The notes below the pieces were generated by a model. The model was given only the letters and a program-made list of their open reading frames with translations, searched no databases and was not told where the DNA came from. A program made the position numbers and the translations under genes. Shown here in pieces: positions 1 to 8,638 of a stretch of DNA of 28,394 nt. The stretch's first letter is position 1; every line of letters starts with the position of its first letter. The DNA is from Candidatus Micrarchaeota archaeon (GTDB lineage Archaea; Micrarchaeota; Micrarchaeia; Norongarragalinales; SBBD01): positions 1 through 28,394 of the forward strand of contig JBDRLB010000047.1 in the NCBI GenBank assembly GCA_043813365.1, read 5' to 3'.

Positions 1-315
1 CTTATGGTCGAACCATTCCAGAATTACGGAAACAACTTCGAGTTCATTTCCCTTAATAGTATAAATTAGCCGCCATAATTTGGATAGATCGTATTTCCAC
101 AAATTGCTTACACCGTATTTTTGAGAATATATCCTAGGCCATTGTTGATTTGGAATGTGTATTCCGCCTCTCGGATTTTGCTTGAGTGCTTCGATCGATT
201 TTTCAATATGCCCGGCAAGCTGCCTGTCCTCGAACCGCCCCTCCTTCAATTCGAGAAAAGATTCGCGGACACGTTCATCCGCGAATGCAACCCTTTTAAT
301 CCGGCCGTTCATCAT
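1..315 (-). CDS. RelE/ParE-like toxin of a type II toxin-antitoxin pair (3' end runs off the window)
   Basis: Not in the ORF track. Hand translation from ATG 315: MMNGRIKRVAFADERVRESFLELKEGRFEDRQLAGHIEKSIEALKQNPRGGIHIPNQQWPRIYSQKYGVSNLWKYDLSKLWRLIYTIKGNELEVVSVILEWFDHK. It has the RelE-like pattern L..NP..G / W-R-L-I-Y / ILEWFDH, and its start overlaps the upstream stop (ATGA, 312-315). Confidence 0.75.
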   Translation of the reverse strand, partial: MMNGRIKRVAFADERVRESFLELKEGRFEDRQLAGHIEKSIEALKQNPRGGIHIPNQQWPRIYSQKYGVSNLWKYDLSKLWRLIYTIKGNELEVVSVILEWFDHK

Positions 316-611
316 GCGACGATCAAGCCCCTTTCTTTCAGTTTCTTGATGCCCTCGGGATCCCATATCCAGGATATAGTCCGGTCTTTTTCAATAATGA
401 TTTTTCCGGAATACTCCAGATAATCCAGAATCGTGAGATAAGTGCGCCACATCACCTTTTGCGGCAGCAGTTTCCATATTTGCATGACGGTCTTGTCGCT
501 GCGGTATTTGTAAACCGCCTTTTCCACCATCAGCACCGTATCCAGCCTCGGGTAGCGGTCGATCCTGTGCTTGAAAACCCCCGGATGCGCCCTTTTTCCA
601 ATTCTTTTCAT
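312..611 (-). CDS. Winged-helix protein, putative antitoxin/autorepressor
   Basis: Track ORF 312..686, with a better start at ATG 611 (MKRIG...) downstream of a TATA box at 650-643. Sequence YPRLDTVLMVEK...QIWKLLPQKVMWRTYLTILDYLEYSGKI...ISWIW is wHTH-like. Translationally coupled to the toxin. Confidence 0.7.
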   Translation of the reverse strand: MKRIGKRAHPGVFKHRIDRYPRLDTVLMVEKAVYKYRSDKTVMQIWKLLPQKVMWRTYLTILDYLEYSGKIIIEKDRTISWIWDPEGIKKLKERGLIVA

Positions 612-650
612 ATGTATCAATTGATACATAGGCGGGAAGCGGTATTTATA
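611..650 (-). promoter_or_regulatory. Toxin-antitoxin promoter: TATA box plus perfect 20-bp palindromic operator
   Basis: TATGTATCAATTGATACATA (611-630) is its own reverse complement. TATAAATA on the minus strand at 650-643 puts the expected start site near 620, in the middle of the palindrome. Confidence 0.75.
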
Positions 651-750
651 CCTTCCCAAATGAGCGAACGGGCTGAATTGTCGCATGCAAATAGTCGGAA
701 AAAACGGATTTATAACCGGTTTCAGGGGTGGTTTCGGGTGATGAATAACT

Positions 751-1647
751 CTACTTCATATGCAGCTCAACAACATCCCCGTCCTTCAGCTGGTAATTGC
801 CGGAAACCTGCTGGCCGGGGAATCTGGATGAGCCCCACACCTTAGCGTATTTCAGGTTCTGGAACATGTCCTTATGGATCTGCTTTGCGATGTCGGAAAC
901 AGTTGAGCCGGACACTAGCACGAAAGGCTTCTCGCGGTCGATCCCGCCGTGGTGGCTCTTGGTGTAGATGCGGATGAGCTCCAAGTTGTCCCGGAGGATT
1001 CTTTTCAATTTGGAGAGGTCGTCATCGGAGAAAGCGTCATAGAAAAAAAAGGTAGGTTTGGCGTTAAGATCTACCAAATTCCTTTTTGAAATCACGAACA
1101 TTTTCTTCCCAACAAGGTCGGCAAAGAATTCCGCCTGCATCTCAATCGGGGAAAACGGGTCAAGAATTACCAGGGTGAGATCGGCATTCCTAGAGAGCGC
1201 GAACAATCTCGCCTTGTTCTGGTCGTTTATTGAAGGCAGATCAAGAATCTGGAAAGGGATCTTCTCGTAATCCATCATGCCGGGCTCCACTGCCCGTGTT
1301 TCGTATGCGACTTCCGAAGATTGGTGGCGTATGCCGCAGAGCCTGTTGAATAACGCGGTTTTGCCGCAGTTCACGAAGCCCATCAGCACTATTTGCGCAG
1401 CTCCTTGCTTCTTTACGAAATCGCCCCTCCCTTTCTGGCCGGCCTTCTTTTTCTTTTCTATCCGCTCCTCATCCCTAAGGGAGGAAATTTTCTTGCGGAT
1501 TTCCATTAGTATCGATTGGGAGCCCTTGTGCTTCGGGACGTACTTAAGCATCTCCTGCAGCGCTGCAAGCTTCTCCTCCCTGCTCCTTGCTGCATGGTAC
1601 CTTCCCTCAGCTGCGTAATATTCCGGACCGGCGTTCAATGATGCCAT
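751..1647 (-). CDS. DRG/OBG-family GTP-binding protein with C-terminal TGS domain
   Basis: PKHKGS N-terminal motif, G1 GFVNCGKT, FQILDLP, and TGS domain (IRIYTK...TVSDIAKQIH...YAKVWGSSRFPGQQV...LKDGDVVELH). ATG at 1647. Confidence 0.9.
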   Translation of the reverse strand: MASLNAGPEYYAAEGRYHAARSREEKLAALQEMLKYVPKHKGSQSILMEIRKKISSLRDEERIEKKKKAGQKGRGDFVKKQGAAQIVLMGFVNCGKTALFNRLCGIRHQSSEVAYETRAVEPGMMDYEKIPFQILDLPSINDQNKARLFALSRNADLTLVILDPFSPIEMQAEFFADLVGKKMFVISKRNLVDLNAKPTFFFYDAFSDDDLSKLKRILRDNLELIRIYTKSHHGGIDREKPFVLVSGSTVSDIAKQIHKDMFQNLKYAKVWGSSRFPGQQVSGNYQLKDGDVVELHMK

Positions 1648-1649
1648 TT

Positions 1650-2498
1650 TTACCACGAAATAAGGAATATGCCCAGCAGGATTAAAAATACCGAAATGAG
1701 CTGGTGTTTCTCAAGCCTCTCCTTCAGGAAGAGGTATGCGAGGATGACGGTAAAAATAGGGTATATGGATGAAATCGGCGCGAGGAGGGAAGTAAAGAAG
1801 GTTGCAGCGGCAATGTAATAGAAAACCAGCCCGATTGCATCGGTGCTTGCAAGGATCGACGGAAGCAGGTTGCTTATTCTTGAAGGCAACAGCCGCCTTC
1901 CAGAAGAGATGACGAGGAGCGTCGTGATGATGAATGAGAAGAAGGTATGGGAGAGCACGGTAACCTGGGGCGGATACGCTTTCGCAAATGGCACGAGCAT
2001 TACCATCGCAACCCCCCAGCAAACCATGGCGCCAACGGCCAATAAGGCGTCCTTATCGAATGCGGTTTTTTTCAAGTCCAAATTTTGAAGTGATAAGGAA
2101 AAGACGGAAGCAATAAGGATCAACGCGCCCAGGATCTGGATGGGCGAAGGCGCCTCGCCAAGGAAGATCATTGCCAATAAAAGCGTGATCAGCCCGTACG
2201 AGCCCCCTATAGTGCTTATGACGGATACTTTGCCCCTCTGCAAAGCGAGGTAGAAAAGCCACCAGCCGAACGCCATCAGGAAAGCAACCGGAGCTATTTC
2301 CGGCAGAATTGTGAGGAAGGGATAATTTTCCGGAGGGAAGAAATAATCATACAGGAGAATGATGAGGAAGCCGCAGAATGCGGATATGTGGATGGGAAGG
2401 TAGTTTTTCTCCCTGGTGGCGGCGATTTTTGCAAAGAAATCCGCTATTCCCCAGCCGAGTGCAGCTGCCAACCCCAAAAGTATGCCTTCTGATAGCAT
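1650..2498 (-). CDS. EamA/DMT family transporter
   Basis: About 10 hydrophobic segments in two internal repeats (WGIADFFAK / CWGVAMV; IFLGE / LFLKERL). Confidence 0.88.
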   Translation of the reverse strand: MLSEGILLGLAAALGWGIADFFAKIAATREKNYLPIHISAFCGFLIILLYDYFFPPENYPFLTILPEIAPVAFLMAFGWWLFYLALQRGKVSVISTIGGSYGLITLLLAMIFLGEAPSPIQILGALILIASVFSLSLQNLDLKKTAFDKDALLAVGAMVCWGVAMVMLVPFAKAYPPQVTVLSHTFFSFIITTLLVISSGRRLLPSRISNLLPSILASTDAIGLVFYYIAAATFFTSLLAPISSIYPIFTVILAYLFLKERLEKHQLISVFLILLGIFLISW

Positions 2499-2553
2499 TT
2501 TTAACCAGCATAAAACTAGTAATTTGCGCTTTTTAATTCAGGTGTTTTTGGAA

Positions 2554-2880
2554 ATGAAACTGATTTTGAAAGGGATTGGTGCAAGCGAAGGCAAAGTGAA
2601 AGGCAAGGTTAAAATCATCGGGAGCGTGAATGACCATTTCAAATTCCGCGAAGGGGATATTCTGGTAACAAGGATAACTGATCCCACGATGACTGTGATG
2701 ATGAACCGAGCTGCTGCAATTGTATGCGACATCGGCGGGATAACCTCCCATCCCTCCATAGTTGCAAGGGAGATGGGAATACCGTGCGTTGTGAACACCA
2801 AAGAGGCAACAAAGAAGCTCAAAGAAGGCGAAGAGGTAATGGTTGATGGCAAGAAAGGCGAAATCTACTCACTGGGTTGA
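2554..2880 (+). CDS. Stand-alone PEP-utilising enzyme mobile (phosphohistidine swivel) domain protein
   Basis: ATG 2554 after AGGTG. LKGIGAS.G.VKG, GDILVT..TDP, GGITSHPSIVAREMGIPCVV, VDGKKG; 108 aa. Confidence 0.9.
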   Translation: MKLILKGIGASEGKVKGKVKIIGSVNDHFKFREGDILVTRITDPTMTVMMNRAAAIVCDIGGITSHPSIVAREMGIPCVVNTKEATKKLKEGEEVMVDGKKGEIYSLG

Positions 2881-4048
2881 CGAATTCATTGATTTCCAAA
2901 TGGGAGCAACCGAATCGATGGACTTCCAGACGTTCAAGCCGTTCTCCCACCTGCAATTCCACCCGCTTTTTTCAAAGGAATGGTGCGATTGGATTGAGGA
3001 GATGATAGATGAATCTGCGAAGAAGGGGTTAGCAGCAAAGGAAGCGCACAAGCTCATTAACGGCGCCTGCATTTTGATGACCCAGTTCTTTTTCACTTCA
3101 ATTGATGTCAAGACGGCCGGATTGCCTTTTGAAAGAAGGAGGAAAATAATGGAATGGTTCGATTCGCTTTACCGTCAATACAGGAAAATCAAAACGTATG
3201 ACCGGACGAAGAACAGGGTGCATACGCAGGCGGAAGTGGATGCCATCATGAAAGAGGCGGAATTCAATGCGGGCGAACCCGAAACCGCAAAATTGCTTGG
3301 AAAAATCGTGAATGCGGGCTACCATCTCACCAACGGGATATATACGGACATTTACATGGACAATGCGTTCCAGTATTATGGCCCGTATGATTCAAAGCAG
3401 ATAAGAGGAAACCAGACGTTCATCATCAAGGAGTTCAACCACCTAAAGCCGCTCATGCTTTGGCCGGAAGCGAGGTCTTTTCCCGCGAACAACATCACAA
3501 TCTATTGCGTCTATGAGGATGTGAAGTTTAGGATCGACGGGATCGCATCGCACTCCATCTACGAGGGGGATGTGGTTAAGGGGCTTAAAAAATGGGCCGT
3601 CAAGGTTGATGGCGAATTCGTCCCGCATGCAAACAAACTGATCGGGCTGTATGAGCAGCTTTCCTTCAGGAGCCAGGAGCAATGGATAAAGCTTATTTCC
3701 CTGGATTTCGAGCAATTGAAGCAGAAGGGGCTTGAAATGCGGTGCTACGCATTCCGGAACCTGAGGCTGAAATTGGGATTGGACCCGGGGCCTTCGGAAG
3801 GGATGAAAAATGCGGTAAAGGGTAAACCTTATGCAGATAAAAAATACTGGAAAATACCGAATGGCCCTAAAAAAAATGCGGACTATTGGAGGAAAATGCT
3901 GGATTACAGGGAAGAGTTCAGCCCCGGAATCAAAGCCAAGCTATTTTATAAACGCAAAGCTCCTCAAAAAAGAACCTCTGGGATGAAACTTTCTCGAACG
4001 CCAGCTTTCGCTGTTTTAAAAAATCATGTGTTTTTTCATCGCCAGTAA
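2846..4048 (+). CDS. Hypothetical soluble protein coupled to the phosphohistidine-domain gene
   Basis: 400-codon ORF. ATG 2846 follows GAGGT and overlaps the previous gene by 35 nt. The 3' end overlaps the convergent methyltransferase gene by 119 nt. No family recognised. Confidence 0.8.
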   Translation: MARKAKSTHWVDEFIDFQMGATESMDFQTFKPFSHLQFHPLFSKEWCDWIEEMIDESAKKGLAAKEAHKLINGACILMTQFFFTSIDVKTAGLPFERRRKIMEWFDSLYRQYRKIKTYDRTKNRVHTQAEVDAIMKEAEFNAGEPETAKLLGKIVNAGYHLTNGIYTDIYMDNAFQYYGPYDSKQIRGNQTFIIKEFNHLKPLMLWPEARSFPANNITIYCVYEDVKFRIDGIASHSIYEGDVVKGLKKWAVKVDGEFVPHANKLIGLYEQLSFRSQEQWIKLISLDFEQLKQKGLEMRCYAFRNLRLKLGLDPGPSEGMKNAVKGKPYADKKYWKIPNGPKKNADYWRKMLDYREEFSPGIKAKLFYKRKAPQKRTSGMKLSRTPAFAVLKNHVFFHRQ

Positions 4049-4598
4049 GGGAGCTGTGCAAATACAGGAGAATTCCCCCGCCATTCAGATGCTCTTCAAA
4101 TTCCAATAAAAACCGGTCAATTATTTTCCTTCCGTCCCTGCCTCCGTCGAAAGCGCTGTTGATCTCCCCCTCCAGCTTTTCCTCCTTGCTAGTTGGGAGG
4201 TACGGAGGATTGAAGCAGATCGTGTCGAATTGCTGATTTATGAGGTTGGAAAACAGGTTCGATTGGGAAAACGAAACCTTTTTTTTCACGGAATTCCTTT
4301 TGCTGTTGAATTGCGCATTCTTAATGGCAAACCTCGAGGTGTCGGCGAAAACCACCTCAGTAACTGCCGCATTTTTTGACGCACAAATTCCCGCTATCCC
4401 GGTACCGCAGCCCAAATCCAGCACTTTCCCAAATGCGTGCTTTTCCGCAGCCCCTGCTAGAAGGAATGAATCCTCATGCGGGAAATATACGTCCGGGAAA
4501 ACAGCCAAATTAAGGGAGTTGAACTGGAGCGTTGAGCTGCCCTCCTTTTTTCCACCCTGCTCACCGCCTCCTTTTCCTTTTTTTCCTTGGCTGGTCAT
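3930..4598 (-). CDS. HemK2/MTQ2 (PrmC-like) N5-glutamine methyltransferase
   Basis: VYFPHEDSFLL, VLDLGCGTG, NPPYLP, GGRDGR..IDRFL, FFFEEL. Confidence 0.9.
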   Translation of the reverse strand: MTSQGKKGKGGGEQGGKKEGSSTLQFNSLNLAVFPDVYFPHEDSFLLAGAAEKHAFGKVLDLGCGTGIAGICASKNAAVTEVVFADTSRFAIKNAQFNSKRNSVKKKVSFSQSNLFSNLINQQFDTICFNPPYLPTSKEEKLEGEINSAFDGGRDGRKIIDRFLLEFEEHLNGGGILLYLHSSLTGDEKTHDFLKQRKLAFEKVSSQRFFFEELCVYKIAWL

Positions 4599-5097
4599 AG
4601 AAATACCATATTGCGTAGTAGGTTACGAGAATTACGATCAGGAATATGCGGAATAGGAAATCGTGGAGTGCTGCAGACCATTCGATTGCGCCCAAATTGA
4701 AGTAGTAGATGGTTGTTGAGATGCGCAGGGAATTGAAAATCAGGAGAAGGAGCAAGCCGGCTACGAATCCCTTGATGCGGTAACTGATTTTTTTTTCCAT
4801 GCTTGCGAATATGATCCCGAACATCACCGCAATCTCCAACGCGCCGGAGCACAGGTCTAGAATCGATGCGCTAATGTTGGGCGTGCGTATTTGGGGGAAT
4901 TGCGAGGAGTAATCGATCGAGGAATCCAGCCCGAAGAGCAGTTTGAGCGATAATTGGGAGCCGATTGCCGCAATGTGGTTGGGGAAGGGAGTGAGAGAGA
5001 GGAGGAAATAAGAGGAGATGAACAGCAATAAGAATAGCGAAACGAATTTAAAAGCGAGAACCGAAGTACTATCCTTCGGCCGGGGGTTAAACCACAT
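4561..5097 (-). CDS. Exosortase/archaeosortase family protein (short form)
   Basis: About 4 TM segments; Cys/Arg/His triad motifs LCSG, FNSLRI, LHD; basic C-terminal tail. Confidence 0.8.
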   Translation of the reverse strand: MWFNPRPKDSTSVLAFKFVSLFLLLFISSYFLLSLTPFPNHIAAIGSQLSLKLLFGLDSSIDYSSQFPQIRTPNISASILDLCSGALEIAVMFGIIFASMEKKISYRIKGFVAGLLLLLIFNSLRISTTIYYFNLGAIEWSAALHDFLFRIFLIVILVTYYAIWYFYDQPRKKRKRRR

Positions 5098-5153
5098 CCT
5101 ATTGAATCACTTAATATATTTACGGGGTCAGGTATTAAATCCGATCAGGAGGA

Positions 5154-6506
5154 ATGGGAAAAATGAAACGCAAGGAAGAAAAAAGGGGAATGGGCCTGAA
5201 TGGGAAGCTGCTTTTAATAGCAGTAATTGTGCTGGCTTCATTCATTTTCCTGGAGATAGCAATATCCACGCTGAACAATTTCCTGAAGGCGCCGCTGTTG
5301 CTGCTGACGCTGTTTGCTTCGGGAAAACTGATGGCAAAAATCGGGGGGCTCGAGAATTATTACGGCATCATCATCCTCAGGGGCGAGAAGGGGTTCTCTA
5401 CGATGCACAAGCTCGCAAGGCACCCGAAGCTGATGCGCGCACTGGCTGATTTCGGGATGAGCATCGGGTTCGGCCTGGTGTACTCGTTCTTCGTGTTCAG
5501 GAAACATCCGAAGAAATTCTTCGGCCATGCGTTGATCGTATGCACATTCTTCGGCACATTGCTTTACTCAAATTCAACTGCCCAATCCGGATGGGGAATG
5601 GCAGCAATCGGAATGCTGGGCGGGCTGCTCTTTTTCGGGATCGCATCACTGGTGATACAGGCGCTGAATATCATAACCGTGCCGGAAAGCACGGCTGGCG
5701 CAGCGCTCATTGTTCCGGGAGTCACAATACCTTTCTGGGAAGGGCTCATTGCAATTATCATTGCAGTTACGGTTCATGAGATCGCGCATGGCGTGCTCGC
5801 GATGATTGAAAAATTGGAAGTAAAGAACTCGGGCGTCATCCTGTTCGGGGTGCTTCCGGTGGGAGCTTTCGTGGAGCCCAATGAAAAGAAATTATCCGGT
5901 TTGGAGATGCACAAGAAGCGCAGGATCCTTATTGCGGGAACAACCGCTAATTTCCTCACTTTCCTGCTTTTTTCCGTGTTGATTATACCGCTGGTGCCCC
6001 TGGGAATGGGGATGGCAGATGGCGTTCAAGTGGCCGCGCTTTCCAAGGATTCGGCTTCACTGGGGATCCTTGCGGAGAAAGACATCATTACGGCAGTGAA
6101 CGGCCAATCCGCCACGAATTACCCCCAATTCGCCGAGCTGATGAAGGGGAAGAAGGAGGGCGATGTTGTCAAGCTTACAACTGACAAGGGCGAAAAGTCC
6201 ATCATATTGGGCGCAAACGGGAAGATGGGAATCGTGCCGGAGAACCATTTCCCGGAAAATATTTTTGCAATTGGCGCGTTTCTTTTCATTTTAGGGACGA
6301 TGTCGTGGGTGATCATCATCAACCTTGCGCTTGCTGTGATCAACCTTGTGCCGATTTTCCTCACGGACGGCTATCGGCTGGTATATGAGGAGGCGAGGGG
6401 CGTATTCCCGAGCAAGGGGGATACGAATGCGAAACGGATTGCAATTGCAGCGGGCGCGATCTGCGTGCTGCTGCTGCTTATTAATTTCCTCCCAAATTTC
6501 TGGTAA
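5154..6506 (+). CDS. M50 family site-2 metalloprotease with PDZ domain
   Basis: HEIAH zinc motif, GAFVEP, AG...N, NLVPIFLTDG; PDZ-like insert GILAEKDIITAVNG. Confidence 0.92.
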   Translation: MGKMKRKEEKRGMGLNGKLLLIAVIVLASFIFLEIAISTLNNFLKAPLLLLTLFASGKLMAKIGGLENYYGIIILRGEKGFSTMHKLARHPKLMRALADFGMSIGFGLVYSFFVFRKHPKKFFGHALIVCTFFGTLLYSNSTAQSGWGMAAIGMLGGLLFFGIASLVIQALNIITVPESTAGAALIVPGVTIPFWEGLIAIIIAVTVHEIAHGVLAMIEKLEVKNSGVILFGVLPVGAFVEPNEKKLSGLEMHKKRRILIAGTTANFLTFLLFSVLIIPLVPLGMGMADGVQVAALSKDSASLGILAEKDIITAVNGQSATNYPQFAELMKGKKEGDVVKLTTDKGEKSIILGANGKMGIVPENHFPENIFAIGAFLFILGTMSWVIIINLALAVINLVPIFLTDGYRLVYEEARGVFPSKGDTNAKRIAIAAGAICVLLLLINFLPNFW

Positions 6507-6511
6507 AAAAC

Positions 6512-7510
6512 CTAGTATTGAAGGAGCAATTTCTGCGCCCTGGGCTTCAGAATTGAAAGCGGCTCCGCATTGTACCCGCGCTTCTTCAGCTCCCTTGCAA
6601 ACTCCTTCTCAAATCCGTGCGTGGTGATGATGCGCTTGGGGTTCGCCTGCTCAACAAATTCAAGCGAATCGTTGAAATCGCAATGGTCCGAAAGGCAGAA
6701 CGCCTTGTCAACGGAACGGTTGCCGTCAAGCGCCCAGCCTGTTGCTACTGCACACCTCACATCGCACCCGTAAAATTCCGAAAGGCGCTTCGCATAAGTG
6801 AAATTCGCGAAATGGTGGGGGATGACAGCTACGAACTGCGTCCCAAGGACTTCCTTTGCCTCATCCGATGTCTCGCTCACCATCTTGAGATCGATTCCGT
6901 GCTTCCTGTAAATCTGGGAAATCCGGTAAATCTCTGAACTTACAACTGGAGTGATGTTGCAATAATCGTTCAGGAATTTGATTATTTCCTGCGCCTTCCC
7001 GAGGGAATAGCCGCCGATGATGATTGAGCTGCCTGCAAGCATGTGCTGCTCAACCCACATTTCCATCTCGTCATAAACCTGCTCGAAGGGGGGGAACTGG
7101 TAGGTTGGAAGGCCGTAGGTGCTTTCCATGAGCAGCAGGTCCGCCTGCCTGATTTCCGCGCCCTTGTTTGTCAGGGAGGGCCGCAGCTTGAAATCGCCGG
7201 TGTAAGTGAAGGAGAAATTGCTGTTGATGTGGAGCATCTTCGAGCCGAGCACATGGCCCGCGTCCAGCAGCTCGTATTTGAAGGAGGTTTCCCTTGCGAG
7301 CTTCAGCCTTGTTGCAACCGCGTCCCCGTAGTTCCTGCAGTGCAGCAAATCTATGGTTGCATCCGAGGAGATGATCTTCCTGCATGATTTTATCCCCCCC
7401 GCATGGTCGGAATGCGCATGCGAAATGAAAGAGAAGTCCCCCCTGCCATCTAGGGTCAGCTGCTCTTCCTCAAGCTGGAGGGCGATTCCTTTTGCGGTGG
7501 GCACCAACAT
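6512..7510 (-). CDS. Metallo-beta-lactamase/beta-CASP nuclease
   Basis: SHAHSDH, AGHVLGS, YTGD, MESTYG, YSLGKAQE, LSDHCD, THG. Confidence 0.9.
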   Translation of the reverse strand: MLVPTAKGIALQLEEEQLTLDGRGDFSFISHAHSDHAGGIKSCRKIISSDATIDLLHCRNYGDAVATRLKLARETSFKYELLDAGHVLGSKMLHINSNFSFTYTGDFKLRPSLTNKGAEIRQADLLLMESTYGLPTYQFPPFEQVYDEMEMWVEQHMLAGSSIIIGGYSLGKAQEIIKFLNDYCNITPVVSSEIYRISQIYRKHGIDLKMVSETSDEAKEVLGTQFVAVIPHHFANFTYAKRLSEFYGCDVRCAVATGWALDGNRSVDKAFCLSDHCDFNDSLEFVEQANPKRIITTHGFEKEFARELKKRGYNAEPLSILKPRAQKLLLQY

Positions 7511-7706
7511 GTTGCAAAAGGAGAACGCAGCCGGGTTAAAAAATCTTTTCGGTCAGGTGGCTTATGGTGGAAATGGCCGAAATGGGAACGGAAGCAGTCA
7601 AAGATCCGGTTTATCGGCCGGAAAACAGGAGCGGGCGCAATTCCTTCCTCTTGCCATCATTACCAACACCATTTTAAATGTGAAAAAAATATGATAATTG
7701 AAAACT

Positions 7707-8585
7707 ATGGTAGTCGAGTCGCTCATCGGCCCGCGCACTGCGGAACGCAACCCTACCGAAATAATCGTGCTCGCGTTCATATTCGTCTCCATGGCAGTAG
7801 GCGTCGTGGATTTCCTAAAAATCGAGCCGTATGGGGCGATGCTGCTGCTTTTCACGCTGATGCCGGCTGTGCCGTTCATCCTCAACCTCTTCAAGCTGGA
7901 AGAAGAAGAGCTCGAGCATGAGACAATAATGCATTCCCGCACCATAAGGAGGCATTTTTCGGTCGTATTGGTGCTGCTTGCCTTCTTCGCAGGGCTCGTG
8001 ATTGGGTTCACCTTCTGGTACCTTTTCCTGCAGGGGACGGATGATATCAAGGCGGAAAAATTCTTCGACATGCAGCTTGGCGAGCTCCAGCGCATCAATG
8101 ATTTGGGCTCGGAGATTTCTGGGAAGGTGCTTGAGAACGAGATTTCAGGCATACAGGCGGGCGCGGTTGGGTTCAGCACCATTTTCAACCTCATATTCTA
8201 CCAAAACCTCAAGGTTCTGCTGCTGGTGATACTGGGGTCGCTGCTTTATGGAGCGGGCTCCGTATTCATCCTTATCTGGAACGCGTCCGTGATAGGGGTG
8301 TTTTTGGGAAATGTGGCGAGGAAATACGTGTTCCATGAGGCACCTGCGTTCTCCCTTATACCGGGGCTGAGCTATGGAATACTGGGATTGATACCGCACG
8401 GCTCATTCGAGCTGATATCGTATTCAATAGGTGCGCTTGCGGGCGGCATTCTGAGCGCTGCGATAGCGAGGCGCGTGTATGGGACGATTGAATTCAGGCC
8501 GATCCTGATGGACGTAATCAAGCTGGTGCTGGTAGCAGTGATATTGCTTTTCGTGGGTGCGATCATCGAGAGCGCGACTTTCTGA
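7707..8585 (+). CDS. SpoIIM/DUF95-like integral membrane protein
   Basis: IFYQNLKV, WNASVIG, PHGSFEL, GAIIES motifs; multiple TM segments; ATG at 7707. Confidence 0.82.
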   Translation: MVVESLIGPRTAERNPTEIIVLAFIFVSMAVGVVDFLKIEPYGAMLLLFTLMPAVPFILNLFKLEEEELEHETIMHSRTIRRHFSVVLVLLAFFAGLVIGFTFWYLFLQGTDDIKAEKFFDMQLGELQRINDLGSEISGKVLENEISGIQAGAVGFSTIFNLIFYQNLKVLLLVILGSLLYGAGSVFILIWNASVIGVFLGNVARKYVFHEAPAFSLIPGLSYGILGLIPHGSFELISYSIGALAGGILSAAIARRVYGTIEFRPILMDVIKLVLVAVILLFVGAIIESATF

Positions 8586-8638
8586 AATGCGAAAATAATC
8601 TAAAGTTATTTAAATGGCGGGAACACTAAAAATACAAC

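Noticed and set aside
7564..7677. 37-aa ORF MVEMAEMG...LPTPF after AGGTGG
   Set aside because: It lies in a divergent promoter gap, the SD spacing is too short, its stop falls in a likely TATA box, and it has no protein-like features.
7598..8194. Long antisense ORFs (also 9255-9776, 13978-14682, 15005-15607, 18435-18980, 20735-21358)
   Set aside because: Each lies opposite a well-supported gene and shows typical antisense composition.
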